Shown here one piece after another: positions 1 to 9,804 of a stretch of 64,000 nucleotides of DNA. The stretch is from contig CAXXGO010000001.1 of the NCBI GenBank assembly GCA_963666835.2, positions 832,001 through 896,000 on the forward strand. The letters are read 5' to 3'. The position numbers were made by a program, and so were the translations under genes. Each line of letters begins with the position of its first letter. Position 1 is the first letter of the stretch. A model generated the notes under the pieces. That model saw only the letters and a list, made by a program, of their open reading frames with translations. It searched no databases and was not told where the DNA came from. This DNA is from Phycisphaerae bacterium. GTDB taxonomy: Bacteria > Planctomycetota > Phycisphaerae > UBA1845.

Positions 1-1095
1 CTCTCCGAACGGTTTGCCCCCGGCCCGCTCTTTGCCTGGGCTTGTGTCGTATTTCTGGCACTTATCCCGCTGATCTGGATCCGGGCTCGCCGGCGCCAGG
101 GGCGTCCGACGGTTCGCTTCAGCTCAATCTCGCTTCTGCGTGGCGTTGGGCGGACGTGGGCCACACGCTCGGGGTTCGTTCTTCCCTTGTTGCGGATGGT
201 GGCGGTCATTGCCTTGATCGTGGCCATGGCACGCCCGCAATCTGGTGGCGAGTACCACGACACCAGCGAGGGCATCGCCATTCAAATGGTGTTGGATGTC
301 TCGGGCAGCATGGCCGCGGATGATTTTGAGATCTCAGGCCATCGAGTCCGCCGTCTGGACGCGGTTAAGAAGGTCTTTGAGGAGTTTGTTCTGGGAAAGG
401 GGGCGCTGCGCGGGCGCGACGGCGATCTGATCGGGATGACCACGTTCGCCATGTATGCCGACACTCCGTGTCCGCTCACTCCGGACCACGGCAGCCTGAT
501 CGACCTGCTCCGCGCGACGGAAATCCCCGGGTGCGTCGAGGGACGCCAGGTCTACGAGGATGAGGAGGCCAGCTACACCGCGCTGGGCGATGCCATCGCG
601 CTGGCGACGGATGATCTGCGCAGGGCCGGAGAGCAGGCGGTCGTCGGGGTCCCCGGCGCCGAGGCAGCCAAGAGCAGAGTGATGATCCTGCTGACGGACG
701 GCGCGGATAACCCGGCGGAATTCGCCAAGCGAACTTCACCTTCTCCGCTCGAGGCGGCCAAGGTCGCCGCGACGCTTGGGATCAAGACGTATACCATCGG
801 GGCGATCGGCTCGCTGTCGGGCCGCCGCCGCTCGCTGTTCGCGCCGAGCTACGAGGTCGATGAACCAACTCTCAAGGAAATCGCCCGGATCACCGGCGGC
901 AAATACTTCCGGGCAACCGACATGGAATCGCTCGTGACGATCTACGACGAGATCGACAAGCTGGAACGCCGGGTAACGGGAGAGCGGACCTATCGCGATA
1001 ACGTCTACGCCGCTAAGGTGGCGATGTTGACCGCCCTGGCGGCCTTGATGCTGGAACTGTTGCTGGTCAACACGCGATATCGGAGGGTGCCATGA
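1..1095 (+). CDS. batA: BatA-like vWA domain membrane protein (5' partial)
   Basis: Frame is open from base 1 (LSERFAPG...PLIWIR...VRFSS). MIDAS motif DVSGSM, TALGDAI, ILLTDG, GGKYFRATD and a C-terminal TM helix. First gene of a Bat operon. Confidence 0.85.
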   Translation, partial: LSERFAPGPLFAWACVVFLALIPLIWIRARRRQGRPTVRFSSISLLRGVGRTWATRSGFVLPLLRMVAVIALIVAMARPQSGGEYHDTSEGIAIQMVLDVSGSMAADDFEISGHRVRRLDAVKKVFEEFVLGKGALRGRDGDLIGMTTFAMYADTPCPLTPDHGSLIDLLRATEIPGCVEGRQVYEDEEASYTALGDAIALATDDLRRAGEQAVVGVPGAEAAKSRVMILLTDGADNPAEFAKRTSPSPLEAAKVAATLGIKTYTIGAIGSLSGRRRSLFAPSYEVDEPTLKEIARITGGKYFRATDMESLVTIYDEIDKLERRVTGERTYRDNVYAAKVAMLTALAALMLELLLVNTRYRRVP

Positions 1096-2252
1096 CGCAG
1101 CGAACCCTCTACCCAATACGGCTCTGGGTCGTCTGGGCGTTGGTAATCCCGCTGGCTTTGACGGCGCTGGGGGGCGTGCTGGTGGCGGTCACCGATGTCG
1201 GAGATCTTCCCCTCGACAATGCTCATCTCTGGTGGCTGGGGGCGGCTGTTCCCGGGGCGGGGCTATTCGTGCTGTACGGCGTCGTCCGCCGCCGCCGGGC
1301 GATCACCCGTTTTACTTCGGCCGAGTTGGCACCGTTGTTGGCCGCACGGTTGAGCCCCGGCCGGCAGGCCTTCAGGGCTGGATTGCTCGTGCTGGCGCTG
1401 GTGAGTATCGTCGCGGCAATCCTCGGCCCGCGGTGGGGGATCTATCTCGAAAAGCAGAAGGTTCGCGGGGTGGATGTGGTGGTGGCCGTCGACGTTTCGC
1501 GGTCGATGCTTGCCCGCGATCTGGAGCCCAACCGGCTCGCGCGCGCCAAGGAGGTCATCCGACAAGAGCTGACCGAACGCGAGGTCTTCCAACGCGCCCA
1601 TCGGCTCGGCCTGATCGCGTTTGCCGGAACGACTTCGCTCCGTTTGCCGCTGACCACCGACCATTTGGCTTTCAGGTCGAAGCTGGAGGCGCTCGATATC
1701 GGCAGTGCTCCGCGCGGGGGCACCGCCATCGGTCGCACGATCCGGCGGGCTACCGAGTTGTTCGCTCGATCTCCGGAAGACGCTACGAAGGTATTACTCC
1801 TTTTCACCGACGGCGAGGATCACGAGGGTGATCCGATTGCCGAGGCGGTTACGGCTTATGAAGAGCACGGGGTCCGGGTCTTTCCGATCGGCGTGGGCGA
1901 TCCCAGCCGGACGGTCGGCGCCCAGGTGCCCGCCTCTGCCGACGGCAAGCCGCTACTGTATGAAGGCGAGATCGTTTTCTCTAAACTGGACATCTCCGGA
2001 TTGCAGAAGATCGCCGATGCCGGCCACGGCAGGTATGCTCCGCTGATGAATCTCCACTCCCTGGTGGACGCAATCTCGGACCTGCGGAGCGCGGAGCTTT
2101 CCACTGAGCAACGGCAGCGCCATCGCCCGCAGTATCAGTGGTTTGTGGCGCTGGCGTTATTCCTGCTGGGGCTTGAGACTCTGATTGCCCCGCGTTCCCG
2201 GGCGCCGGTGGCCCTGCCGAAGAGGACGTGGACGACGGAGACGACAGAATGA
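1092..2252 (+). CDS. batB: BatB-like vWA domain membrane protein
   Basis: DVSRSM..DLEPNRL, GTAIG, FTDGEDH. ATGA overlap with batA. Confidence 0.85.
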   Translation: MTQRTLYPIRLWVVWALVIPLALTALGGVLVAVTDVGDLPLDNAHLWWLGAAVPGAGLFVLYGVVRRRRAITRFTSAELAPLLAARLSPGRQAFRAGLLVLALVSIVAAILGPRWGIYLEKQKVRGVDVVVAVDVSRSMLARDLEPNRLARAKEVIRQELTEREVFQRAHRLGLIAFAGTTSLRLPLTTDHLAFRSKLEALDIGSAPRGGTAIGRTIRRATELFARSPEDATKVLLLFTDGEDHEGDPIAEAVTAYEEHGVRVFPIGVGDPSRTVGAQVPASADGKPLLYEGEIVFSKLDISGLQKIADAGHGRYAPLMNLHSLVDAISDLRSAELSTEQRQRHRPQYQWFVALALFLLGLETLIAPRSRAPVALPKRTWTTETTE

Positions 2253-3202
2253 GCAGCAGATCACTCTTCTTCACAGCGGGGTTATGTCTGGTCGCAGAGG
2301 GATTCTGTTCTTCGCTTTGTGCGGAAGAGATCGTCGTTCCGGAGGAGACTTCCGCCGTTGCCGAGCCGGACCGCTCTTTCGAGGGTATGACGGCTCCGGA
2401 TGCCGTGCGGGAGGGGAATCGGTTGCTCTTGGACGGAAACGCGCCCATCGCGCTTAAGGCCTACGCACAGGCGAAGGACCTGAGGCCGGACGCCCCCGAA
2501 GTCCCCTTCGTCGAGGGGCTGGCGCATTACGCTCTTGGGGATTACGAGTCGGCCCGGACGGCGTTTCAGCGGGCGGCCGCCTCGGACGATGATCGCCTGG
2601 CCGGTGATGCACTGTACAGTATCGGAACGACATATCACGCGGAAGCTCTGGAGAGTTCTCAGGATCCGCAGGTTGCCATCGAGAAGCTCGAGAATGCGAT
2701 GCAGAGATATCGCGAGGTGCTCGCCGACCGGCCGGACCACGCGGTAGCCCGAGACGCCAACTACAAGGCGGCCACGTTGCGCCGGCAGATCAAGCAGATG
2801 CTCGAACAGCAGCAACAACAGCAGCAGCAAGACGGCGAGTGCGATAACGAGAAAGAGGGCGAGGACCAACAAGAGCAGCAGAACTCGAGCGAATCCCAGC
2901 AAGAGGAAAACGAGCAAGACCAGCAACAGCAGAACTCCAGCGAATCGCAAGAGGATCAGCAGCAGCAACAGCAATCACAGGACGGTGATTCGGAGCAGCA
3001 AGCCCAATCCAGCGATTCCGAAGAGGACCAGGAGCAACAGCAGGCCCAGCCGGAGTCCGGGGAAGAGGAGGAAGAACGCGTTTCCCGCGAGCAGGCGGAG
3101 CGTCAGCTCCGAGAGATGATGCAGGCCCTGCGCGAGCGCCAGAAGGAGCGCCGACCACGGAAACAGCCTGCCAAGATCGCACCGGTGGAGAAAGACTGGT
3201 AA
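2249..3202 (+). CDS. batC: BatC-like TPR protein with Q/E-rich linker
   Basis: Signal peptide, TPR-like helices, poly-Q/E tract and the typical VEKDW C-terminus. ATGA overlap at 2249. Confidence 0.75.
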   Translation: MSSRSLFFTAGLCLVAEGFCSSLCAEEIVVPEETSAVAEPDRSFEGMTAPDAVREGNRLLLDGNAPIALKAYAQAKDLRPDAPEVPFVEGLAHYALGDYESARTAFQRAAASDDDRLAGDALYSIGTTYHAEALESSQDPQVAIEKLENAMQRYREVLADRPDHAVARDANYKAATLRRQIKQMLEQQQQQQQQDGECDNEKEGEDQQEQQNSSESQQEENEQDQQQQNSSESQEDQQQQQQSQDGDSEQQAQSSDSEEDQEQQQAQPESGEEEEERVSREQAERQLREMMQALRERQKERRPRKQPAKIAPVEKDW

Positions 3203-4990
3203 ATGGAACGTATGGCACCCATCCTGATCATGTTCTTGCTGTCTCCGGCAGCCTCGGCGCAGAATCCGGGCGTGGAGCTGCAAATCGAAGCAAGAACCCT
3301 GGAGCCGGGTGAAGCGATTGGCGCGCAATTGGTGTGTACGAACATCGGTGAGCCGGACACCCCTCAGGCGGGTACCCCCGATGGCCTCGAACTGCACTTG
3401 CTCCAGGCCGCTCCGACGGTGTTCACGCAATCGTCCTGGATCAACGGGCGTTCCTCGAAGACGTCAACGTACACGTATCACCTACAGCTTGTCGCGAAGA
3501 AGGAAGGACGTTATTCGCTCGGACCCATCTCCGTTTCCGCTGGCGGGCAGACTTATGAAACCGAGCCGATTACCATCACCGTTCGCAAGTCCGCCGCTTC
3601 GTCTAAGCCGCGTGGAGATCAATACGTCTTCGCCCAACTCGAAGTCAAGCCGACCTCGGTCTACGTTACCGAGTCGTTCCAGGCCACGTTGGAGATCGGC
3701 ATCCGCAAGGTCATCCACAACGGGCGGCGTGTAGACATGAACCTGCTCGAGATCATCGACGCGCGACGATCGCAACTGTCGGTCTTCAGGAACAGCAGGT
3801 TTAACTCGAGTTCCAGGCAGCTTACCGACTCGGCCGGCAAGCGACACGACTACATGATCTACCGGGCCACGGAGAACGTGCGGGTGGAGGAAGCGGGCGA
3901 TCAGGTCGTCGGTCCCATCTTCGTGAAGGCCGACTACCCGACGGCCTTCCGGCGGAGCTTCTTCTCCAACACGGTCTCCCAGAGTCGGCGAGAGACTGCG
4001 CGGGCTGACGCCGTGACCGTTACGGTGAAGACTCCACCGGAAGACGGTCGTCCGGACGACTTTACCGGTGCGATCGGCACCTACTCACTGAATGTGTCCG
4101 TTAAACCCGATCGTGTCGAAAAGGGCCGACCGGTTACCCTGACCGTGGCCATCAAAGGCGCGCCGCTCGACGGAATCGCCGGTCCCGCCCTGAATTCTCA
4201 CGCCGAGCTGGCCAGCCGTTTCGACTATGCCAAGGACGAGCTTCTCGGCGATATGGAGAACGGTGCAAAGGTCTTTCGGCGGGCGATCTTCCCTAAGCAG
4301 GAGGGCGAGCAGGTTATCCCGCCGATTACCTGGTCTTTCTTTGATGCCAAGCGAGAGCAGTACATCACTCTCGCCAGCGCGCCGATTCCGCTTAGCGTCG
4401 ATCCGTCGTCCGCCGAACCGACCGCGATAACTCTGGTCGACCGAGCCGCGCCCCAGGTGAACGGTACGGCGCTCACCGTCTTGAGGGGGGGAATCTCGGC
4501 GAACTACAACGACCCTGCCGTGCTTCTGGCCGACCAGTCTTTCTCGTTGACCCGCGCGTGGGTGGCGCTTATGGCGCTTCCGCCGCTGGCTTGGATGATC
4601 ATCGCGCTGGCCGCGCGGCATCGAGCCCGGCTGCGGGCCGACGCGGGGTACGCTCGCCGCCGCCGTGCGGGGCGAGTCGTTGCCAAGCGGGTTGCCCAGG
4701 CGACGCGCTGCGATGATGCCGGCGGTGTGCTGGAGGTCTTGTCCAAAGCCCTCTCCGACTACCTGGCCGACTGCTTCAATCTGCCGCCGGGCGAGATGAC
4801 TCCCGACGAAGCTCGGGGTTTGTTGATTGATCACGGTGCCGCCGAGGCCCTGGCCGCGGAAGTCGCGGAGTTCCTCGATACGTGTGCCGGTGTGCGTTAT
4901 GCTCCGAGCCGGGCACGGGAGGTGTCGGCGCGCGAAGCTGCCGCGAAGGTGCGAGGTTGGATCAGGAGGATTGAGCGAGTCTCCCGATGA
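3203..4990 (+). CDS. batD: BatD family protein
   Basis: Signal peptide, SSWINGR..S motif, FTGAIG, SFFD, one TM near the C-terminus, operon position. Confidence 0.8.
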   Translation: MERMAPILIMFLLSPAASAQNPGVELQIEARTLEPGEAIGAQLVCTNIGEPDTPQAGTPDGLELHLLQAAPTVFTQSSWINGRSSKTSTYTYHLQLVAKKEGRYSLGPISVSAGGQTYETEPITITVRKSAASSKPRGDQYVFAQLEVKPTSVYVTESFQATLEIGIRKVIHNGRRVDMNLLEIIDARRSQLSVFRNSRFNSSSRQLTDSAGKRHDYMIYRATENVRVEEAGDQVVGPIFVKADYPTAFRRSFFSNTVSQSRRETARADAVTVTVKTPPEDGRPDDFTGAIGTYSLNVSVKPDRVEKGRPVTLTVAIKGAPLDGIAGPALNSHAELASRFDYAKDELLGDMENGAKVFRRAIFPKQEGEQVIPPITWSFFDAKREQYITLASAPIPLSVDPSSAEPTAITLVDRAAPQVNGTALTVLRGGISANYNDPAVLLADQSFSLTRAWVALMALPPLAWMIIALAARHRARLRADAGYARRRRAGRVVAKRVAQATRCDDAGGVLEVLSKALSDYLADCFNLPPGEMTPDEARGLLIDHGAAEALAAEVAEFLDTCAGVRYAPSRAREVSAREAAAKVRGWIRRIERVSR

Positions 4991-5841
4991 ATGTGCTATC
5001 GCGATTGATGCTGTTTGTCTGCATTGTCGGCACGGTTGTGCCGGGTTCGCGGGCCTGCGCGAACGATTTCGCGTTGGATACGGAGGCCACGTTGCAGAGG
5101 GCCCTGGACGATTTCGATCAGGCCCAACAGTTGCTGGCCGACAGTCCGGACCGGTCCCGGCAGCTCTACCGTGCCGCCGCCCAGCGTTTCGAGAGCATAG
5201 TTGCATCCGGGATTGTCAACGGTAGGCTCGAATACAACTTGGCCAACTGCTATCTTCAAGCGGGCGACCTCGGACAGGCAGTGCTGCATTACCGGCGAGC
5301 CCAGCGGTTGATTCCGCGGGATCCTTTGCTGGCCGACAACCTGGCGGAAGCGCGCTCGCGCTGCCTGACCTCGATTCAACCGACCCGGCGTAGCGCCGTA
5401 CTGCGAAGCGTGTTCTTCTGGCATTTTGAGACCTCGACCGCCGCGCGGTGTCGAGTAGCCGTCACGTTGTATATCGCCTTTTGGATTCTGCTGGTCATTC
5501 GCAGTTTGGCTCCGCGGAAGACCGCGAACGTGGCCGCGGCGATCTGTGGTGTTGTGACGCTGGTCCTGGCGTGTTCGATCGGCCAGGAGCAATGGGCCGA
5601 GCGGCGGGTTCCGGAAGGCGTGGTTACGGAGATGGACGTGGTAGTCCACAAAGGGCCCTCGGCAAGCTATCAGCGGCAGTTCGAGCAGCCTTTGCAGCCT
5701 GGGGTGGAGTTCACTCTGCGCGAGCGGCGTGGAAGCTGGTGGAAGATCGAGCTGGCTGACGGCAAGTCCGGCTGGGTGGAGAACACCGCGGCCGAGCTGG
5801 TGGTACCGCCTTCCGCCCGTCTGTTCACCATGCCTCTATGA
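4987..5841 (+). CDS. batE: BatE-like TPR + SH3 protein
   Basis: YNLANCY..G.LGQA..HY.RA TPR, two TMs, SH3b-like end (WWKIELADGKSGWV). Confidence 0.75.
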   Translation: MNVLSRLMLFVCIVGTVVPGSRACANDFALDTEATLQRALDDFDQAQQLLADSPDRSRQLYRAAAQRFESIVASGIVNGRLEYNLANCYLQAGDLGQAVLHYRRAQRLIPRDPLLADNLAEARSRCLTSIQPTRRSAVLRSVFFWHFETSTAARCRVAVTLYIAFWILLVIRSLAPRKTANVAAAICGVVTLVLACSIGQEQWAERRVPEGVVTEMDVVVHKGPSASYQRQFEQPLQPGVEFTLRERRGSWWKIELADGKSGWVENTAAELVVPPSARLFTMPL

Positions 5842-6210
5842 GTCAGGTCCGTAGAAGAAGGGGGCCGGCTCTGCGCTGATTCCCGCTTGCGGTATCAAGA
5901 GAGGCATTCGACGAGACCCATGGACCTTCTTCCGCTCTCCCGGGTGCGTGCGAACAGCCGGCCCGCAAGATGACTGACTTAGGTGGGGGCATCCTGCCCA
6001 CCGTGTAATCTCTCCCTTCGATCGGGCGTCGTTCACTTGAAATCTACGTGGCTTGACGAATGAGGTTTTCTCGGTTTTTTCGTTCTTGTTTACCGGACGG
6101 CGCGGTACAATGAATGTCCAGTCGGGGTAGTTCGGTTCGGTGGAAGGCGCGAGACGCCTGTCCGTCCGATCCGTTTGGGGTTGAGGTGAACGCTATCTGG
6201 GGGACAAATC

Positions 6211-7419
6211 ATGCAAGCTGAAAGACTCGCGGTAATGGGGATTCTCGCGGTCGGATTGGTTCTGTTCGAGGGTGTCGGAGAGGTGCGCGCGGGAGACCGC
6301 GACGGCGACGGCGTACCGGACGGGTTGGACGTTTGCGACAACACCCCGGCAGGGACCGCGGTGGATCTGCTGGGCCGACCGTACGGTGATTTGGATTACG
6401 ACTGCGACACCGATCTGGACGACTATGCGATGTTGGGTGGAGCGGCAACGGGTCTGCTGCTGGACGACTTTGCGATTTTGCAAAACGCGGTGACCGGGGC
6501 TCTCGTCCCCGGTATCTCGGGGATGGCGCCCATCCCCGGCGGGGAACTGGCGATCGGTTGCCACGCGGAAATGGGCGACGTTTGCTTGCCCGATGAGCTG
6601 CCTGTGCATGATATCTACGTGGATTCGTTCCTCATGGGTATCTACGAGGTAACGAACGCTCAGTACTGTGAATACCTCAACTCCGCCTACCGGCGCGGGC
6701 TGATCCGGGTTCTGACGGGCATAGTGTACAAGAACGGTGGGTACTGGCCTTACTGTGATACGAACTCCGTGGATTCTCACAGCCGGATCCATTGGGATGG
6801 CGAGGTGTTTACGGTTACCCCGCAAAAGGAGTTTCATCCCGTCGTAGAGGTGAGTTGGTACGGCGCAGCGGCGTACGCGAATTGGCTCAGTAAACGACAC
6901 CTGCGCACACCGTGCTATAGTCTGTCCAATTGGACGTGCGATTTCGCTGCCGATGGATATCGGTTACCGACCGAAGCGGAGTGGGAGTACGCGGCTCGGG
7001 GTGACGATGCCTACCCGTACGACGCGTATCCCTGGGGCTTCAGCTACTCCGAGTCAAAAGCCAACTACGAGTTCTCCGGAGATCCGTACGAAGTCGGGCC
7101 GCTTCCATGGACCACCCCGGTGGGTTATTACGATGGAGGACAAGTGCCCGCCGGAGTGGATATGGCCAACGGCTACGGGCTGTACGACATCGCCGGGAAC
7201 GTGTGGGAATGGTGCCACGATTGGTACGACGCCGACTACTACGAGTACAGCTCGTACGACAATCCGTCGGGCCCGTATGAAGCTACCTATCGAGTTCTGC
7301 GCGGAGGGGCGTGGAGCGATGCCGGGGAGTTCCTCCGCTCTGCCGGCCGCAACCGGGATTGGCCGAACGCCAGGTACCGCGCGGTCGGGTTCCGACTTGT
7401 GATCAGAGATTCGAACTGA
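6211..7419 (+). CDS. Secreted FGE-sulfatase (SUMF1/EgtB/PvdO) domain protein with N-terminal Ca-binding/dockerin-like motifs
   Basis: YEVTNAQY, HPVVEVSWY, RLPTEAEWEYAARG, NGYGLYDIAGNVWEWC, RVLRGG, GFRL. Confidence 0.9.
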   Translation: MQAERLAVMGILAVGLVLFEGVGEVRAGDRDGDGVPDGLDVCDNTPAGTAVDLLGRPYGDLDYDCDTDLDDYAMLGGAATGLLLDDFAILQNAVTGALVPGISGMAPIPGGELAIGCHAEMGDVCLPDELPVHDIYVDSFLMGIYEVTNAQYCEYLNSAYRRGLIRVLTGIVYKNGGYWPYCDTNSVDSHSRIHWDGEVFTVTPQKEFHPVVEVSWYGAAAYANWLSKRHLRTPCYSLSNWTCDFAADGYRLPTEAEWEYAARGDDAYPYDAYPWGFSYSESKANYEFSGDPYEVGPLPWTTPVGYYDGGQVPAGVDMANGYGLYDIAGNVWEWCHDWYDADYYEYSSYDNPSGPYEATYRVLRGGAWSDAGEFLRSAGRNRDWPNARYRAVGFRLVIRDSN

Positions 7420-7450
7420 CCGGAGCTCGGGCCGTTGAGGCGCTAAGCAC

Positions 7451-8404
7451 CTACTCCCAAGCCGGATAATGCGGCAAGCGGCCGGTGAGCACCCGGACGA
7501 CGTCGTCGACCACAGCGTTCATCCGTGACAGCCCTTCAACAGTACGGGCTGCCACGTGCGGGGTCAGTAGCGTGTTCGGTGCACGTAGAAGAGGATCGTC
7601 CGGCGCCGGGGGCTCCGGGTCGAATACATCCAACGCCGCGCCGGCTAACCGGCCGGACTCGAGGGCTCGGGCTAAAGCGGTTCGCTCTACGACCGCGCCT
7701 CGCGCTGTGTTAATCAACACGGCAGACGGCTGGAAACGGGCCAATGCTGCTTCGCCGATCAGGCGGTGCGTCAGCTCGGTTAGCGGTACGTGGAGGCTGA
7801 CCACGTCCGCCCGAGCATACAGTTCCTCTTTCTCCACCGGTTCCGCCACGAAGTCCAGCCAACCCGGCGCTACGATGTCGTTGTAAATAACGGACATTCC
7901 GAATCCACGCCGGCACCGTCGGGCGACCGCCTTGCCGATCCGACCAAGCCCGATGATTCCCAGCGTCAGCTTCGACAAGTCGCGGCCGACATTGCAGCTC
8001 CGGGCCTCCGCGAACTGCCCGGCACGCACGGTGCGGTCACCCGCAGACATCCCTCGGATAAGATCGATCATCAAACCCACGGTGAGGTCTGCCACCGCTC
8101 CCGTGGCTGCCGCAGGCGTATACACCACCGCAATTCCTCGCTCACGAGCCGCGTCTATGTCGATATTCTCCAGCCCAACGCCGCCGCGACCTACGACCCG
8201 CAGGCGCGTTGCGGCCTCCAGAACGTCGCGATTCACCTGTGCATAGCTTCGCACCAGCAGTGCGTCGCAGTCTGCGACCGCTGCCGTAAGGGTCTTTGCT
8301 TCGAAGTCTTCCAGAATCGTTACCCGGCCTGCCGCGCGTAAGCTCTCGATTGCCGCTGGGCTGTACGGCTCCGCAACCACAATGTGAGGAAGCTCATCAT
8401 TCAT
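7451..8404 (-). CDS. D-isomer-specific 2-hydroxyacid dehydrogenase (SerA-like, no ACT domain)
   Basis: GVGLENID, GLGRIG, HVPLT, INTARG, LDVFDPEP, TPHVAA. Confidence 0.9.
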   Translation of the reverse strand: MNDELPHIVVAEPYSPAAIESLRAAGRVTILEDFEAKTLTAAVADCDALLVRSYAQVNRDVLEAATRLRVVGRGGVGLENIDIDAARERGIAVVYTPAAATGAVADLTVGLMIDLIRGMSAGDRTVRAGQFAEARSCNVGRDLSKLTLGIIGLGRIGKAVARRCRRGFGMSVIYNDIVAPGWLDFVAEPVEKEELYARADVVSLHVPLTELTHRLIGEAALARFQPSAVLINTARGAVVERTALARALESGRLAGAALDVFDPEPPAPDDPLLRAPNTLLTPHVAARTVEGLSRMNAVVDDVVRVLTGRLPHYPAWE

Positions 8405-8559
8405 GACGCGCGATGATCCGACCGCGATGTCGTCAAGTCAACCGGAAGAACAAGAGCGGCGGCATATTGATGATGGTACAACAGGTGCGAAAAAGCAGGA
8501 TGCGGACCGACCGCAATCACCCCCCGACGAGTGTCCGACCGCGCCTCACGGACCGAGGA

Positions 8560-8676
8560 TCAGCCGATCGGCTGAGCCCACAAGGCAACCGCCAGGAACA
8601 CGAGAATCGTGGTGACGATGAGCCAGAACCGGTGGTAAACACCAGCCCCGTGCCGTGGGTGGAGTGATAGAGCCAT
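8560..8676 (-). CDS. Small 38-aa single-TM protein
   Basis: MALSLHPRHGAGVYHRFWLIVTTILVFLAVALWAQPIG*. GGAG lies upstream of the ATG, in an intergenic gap. Confidence 0.4.
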   Translation of the reverse strand: MALSLHPRHGAGVYHRFWLIVTTILVFLAVALWAQPIG

Positions 8677-8835
8677 GACTGCATCTCCAGCCCGAGCCGG
8701 CCTGCCGGCCGGACCACACCGGCCAAGCATGCCTCCAACCTTAATACTACAACATAGTTGGCTCGAAGGCACAGGAAAACTAACGCAGAGCCCGATACGC
8801 TGGCGGGTTCTGCCTCCTTCATTATGATCGGACGT

Positions 8836-9657
8836 ATGACCGAGCCGCTCAATCGTGATCTTCTCGCCCTGGCCCAGAGGCTTGCCCTTGACGCATGCGA
8901 CATGACCCGCTCCCACCACGGGCCGGTTGCCACGCGCCGAAAGGCCGATACCAGCGTTGTTACCGAGATGGACACGGCCATTCAGGACCACATCCTCTCG
9001 ACCATTGCCCAAACCTATCCCGATCATGCTGTACGAGCGGAGGAAACCGTCGAGAAACCCACCGCCCACGCAGATCCAGCCACCGCTCGCTATTGCTGGG
9101 TCATCGATCCGCTCGACGGGACCCGCAACTACGCGTCCGGGTTCCCCTTCTTCGGGACTGCGATTGCCGTGCTCGATAACGGACGCCCGGTCGTGGGGGT
9201 GTTCCACGAGCACAACACGAAGGCCATGTACTCGGCTACCTCCGGTGGCGGCGCCATGCTGAATGACCGAGCTGCTCATCCGTGCGAAGTGGCGGCAGGC
9301 GATGACCTCTTGTTGGGCATTCCTTCAAGTAAGGATTCATTGACTCTCGGCGTGATCCGGAGATGGACGAGCACCCGCGGTTTCATCTGTCGTAACGTGG
9401 GGTCCACGGCCGCTCACTTGGGGATGGTTGCCTCGGGAGCCCTGTCCGGGGCATTCGCCAAGCAGTGTAAGCTGTGGGATATCGCAGCCGGGTGGCTGTT
9501 GATCAAGGAGTCCGGGGGGATTATCACCGATCCACGCGGGGGCGAGCTGGTGCCGTTTTCGCTAACCGGTGACCCGAACGCTGACGTGCCTTACCTAGCG
9601 GCTTGTCCGGACATCCATCGCCGGCTGCTCGACACCATTCCGAACTCGGCTTCGTAA
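8836..9657 (+). CDS. Inositol monophosphatase family protein (SuhB-like)
   Basis: WVIDPLDGTRNY, AEE, WDIAAG. Start could also be 8824. Confidence 0.9.
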   Translation: MTEPLNRDLLALAQRLALDACDMTRSHHGPVATRRKADTSVVTEMDTAIQDHILSTIAQTYPDHAVRAEETVEKPTAHADPATARYCWVIDPLDGTRNYASGFPFFGTAIAVLDNGRPVVGVFHEHNTKAMYSATSGGGAMLNDRAAHPCEVAAGDDLLLGIPSSKDSLTLGVIRRWTSTRGFICRNVGSTAAHLGMVASGALSGAFAKQCKLWDIAAGWLLIKESGGIITDPRGGELVPFSLTGDPNADVPYLAACPDIHRRLLDTIPNSAS

Positions 9658-9804
9658 CGGGCGGGCTCGCGGATGTGCTGGCCAAACGCGGCCCCTTCGA
9701 TTACAAACTTGGTTCTGTATTGACGATGGATCGGTCGCGTGTCGCCCGGTGCGAGGGTGGAGGATTGCGGCCGGAGTGTTTCAACTTGCTGCAAGGAAAG
9801 ACAA

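Noticed and set aside
2805..3075. CAG-rich tract as a phase-variable repeat
   Set aside because: Ordinary in-frame Q/E linker typical of BatC.
7290..7419. FGE/C-type-lectin-fold C-terminus as a diversity-generating retroelement target
   Set aside because: No template repeat and no reverse transcriptase seen in the window.
8403..8562. Selenocysteine read-through of the TGA ending the 38-aa ORF
   Set aside because: The extension has no recognisable motif or redox context.
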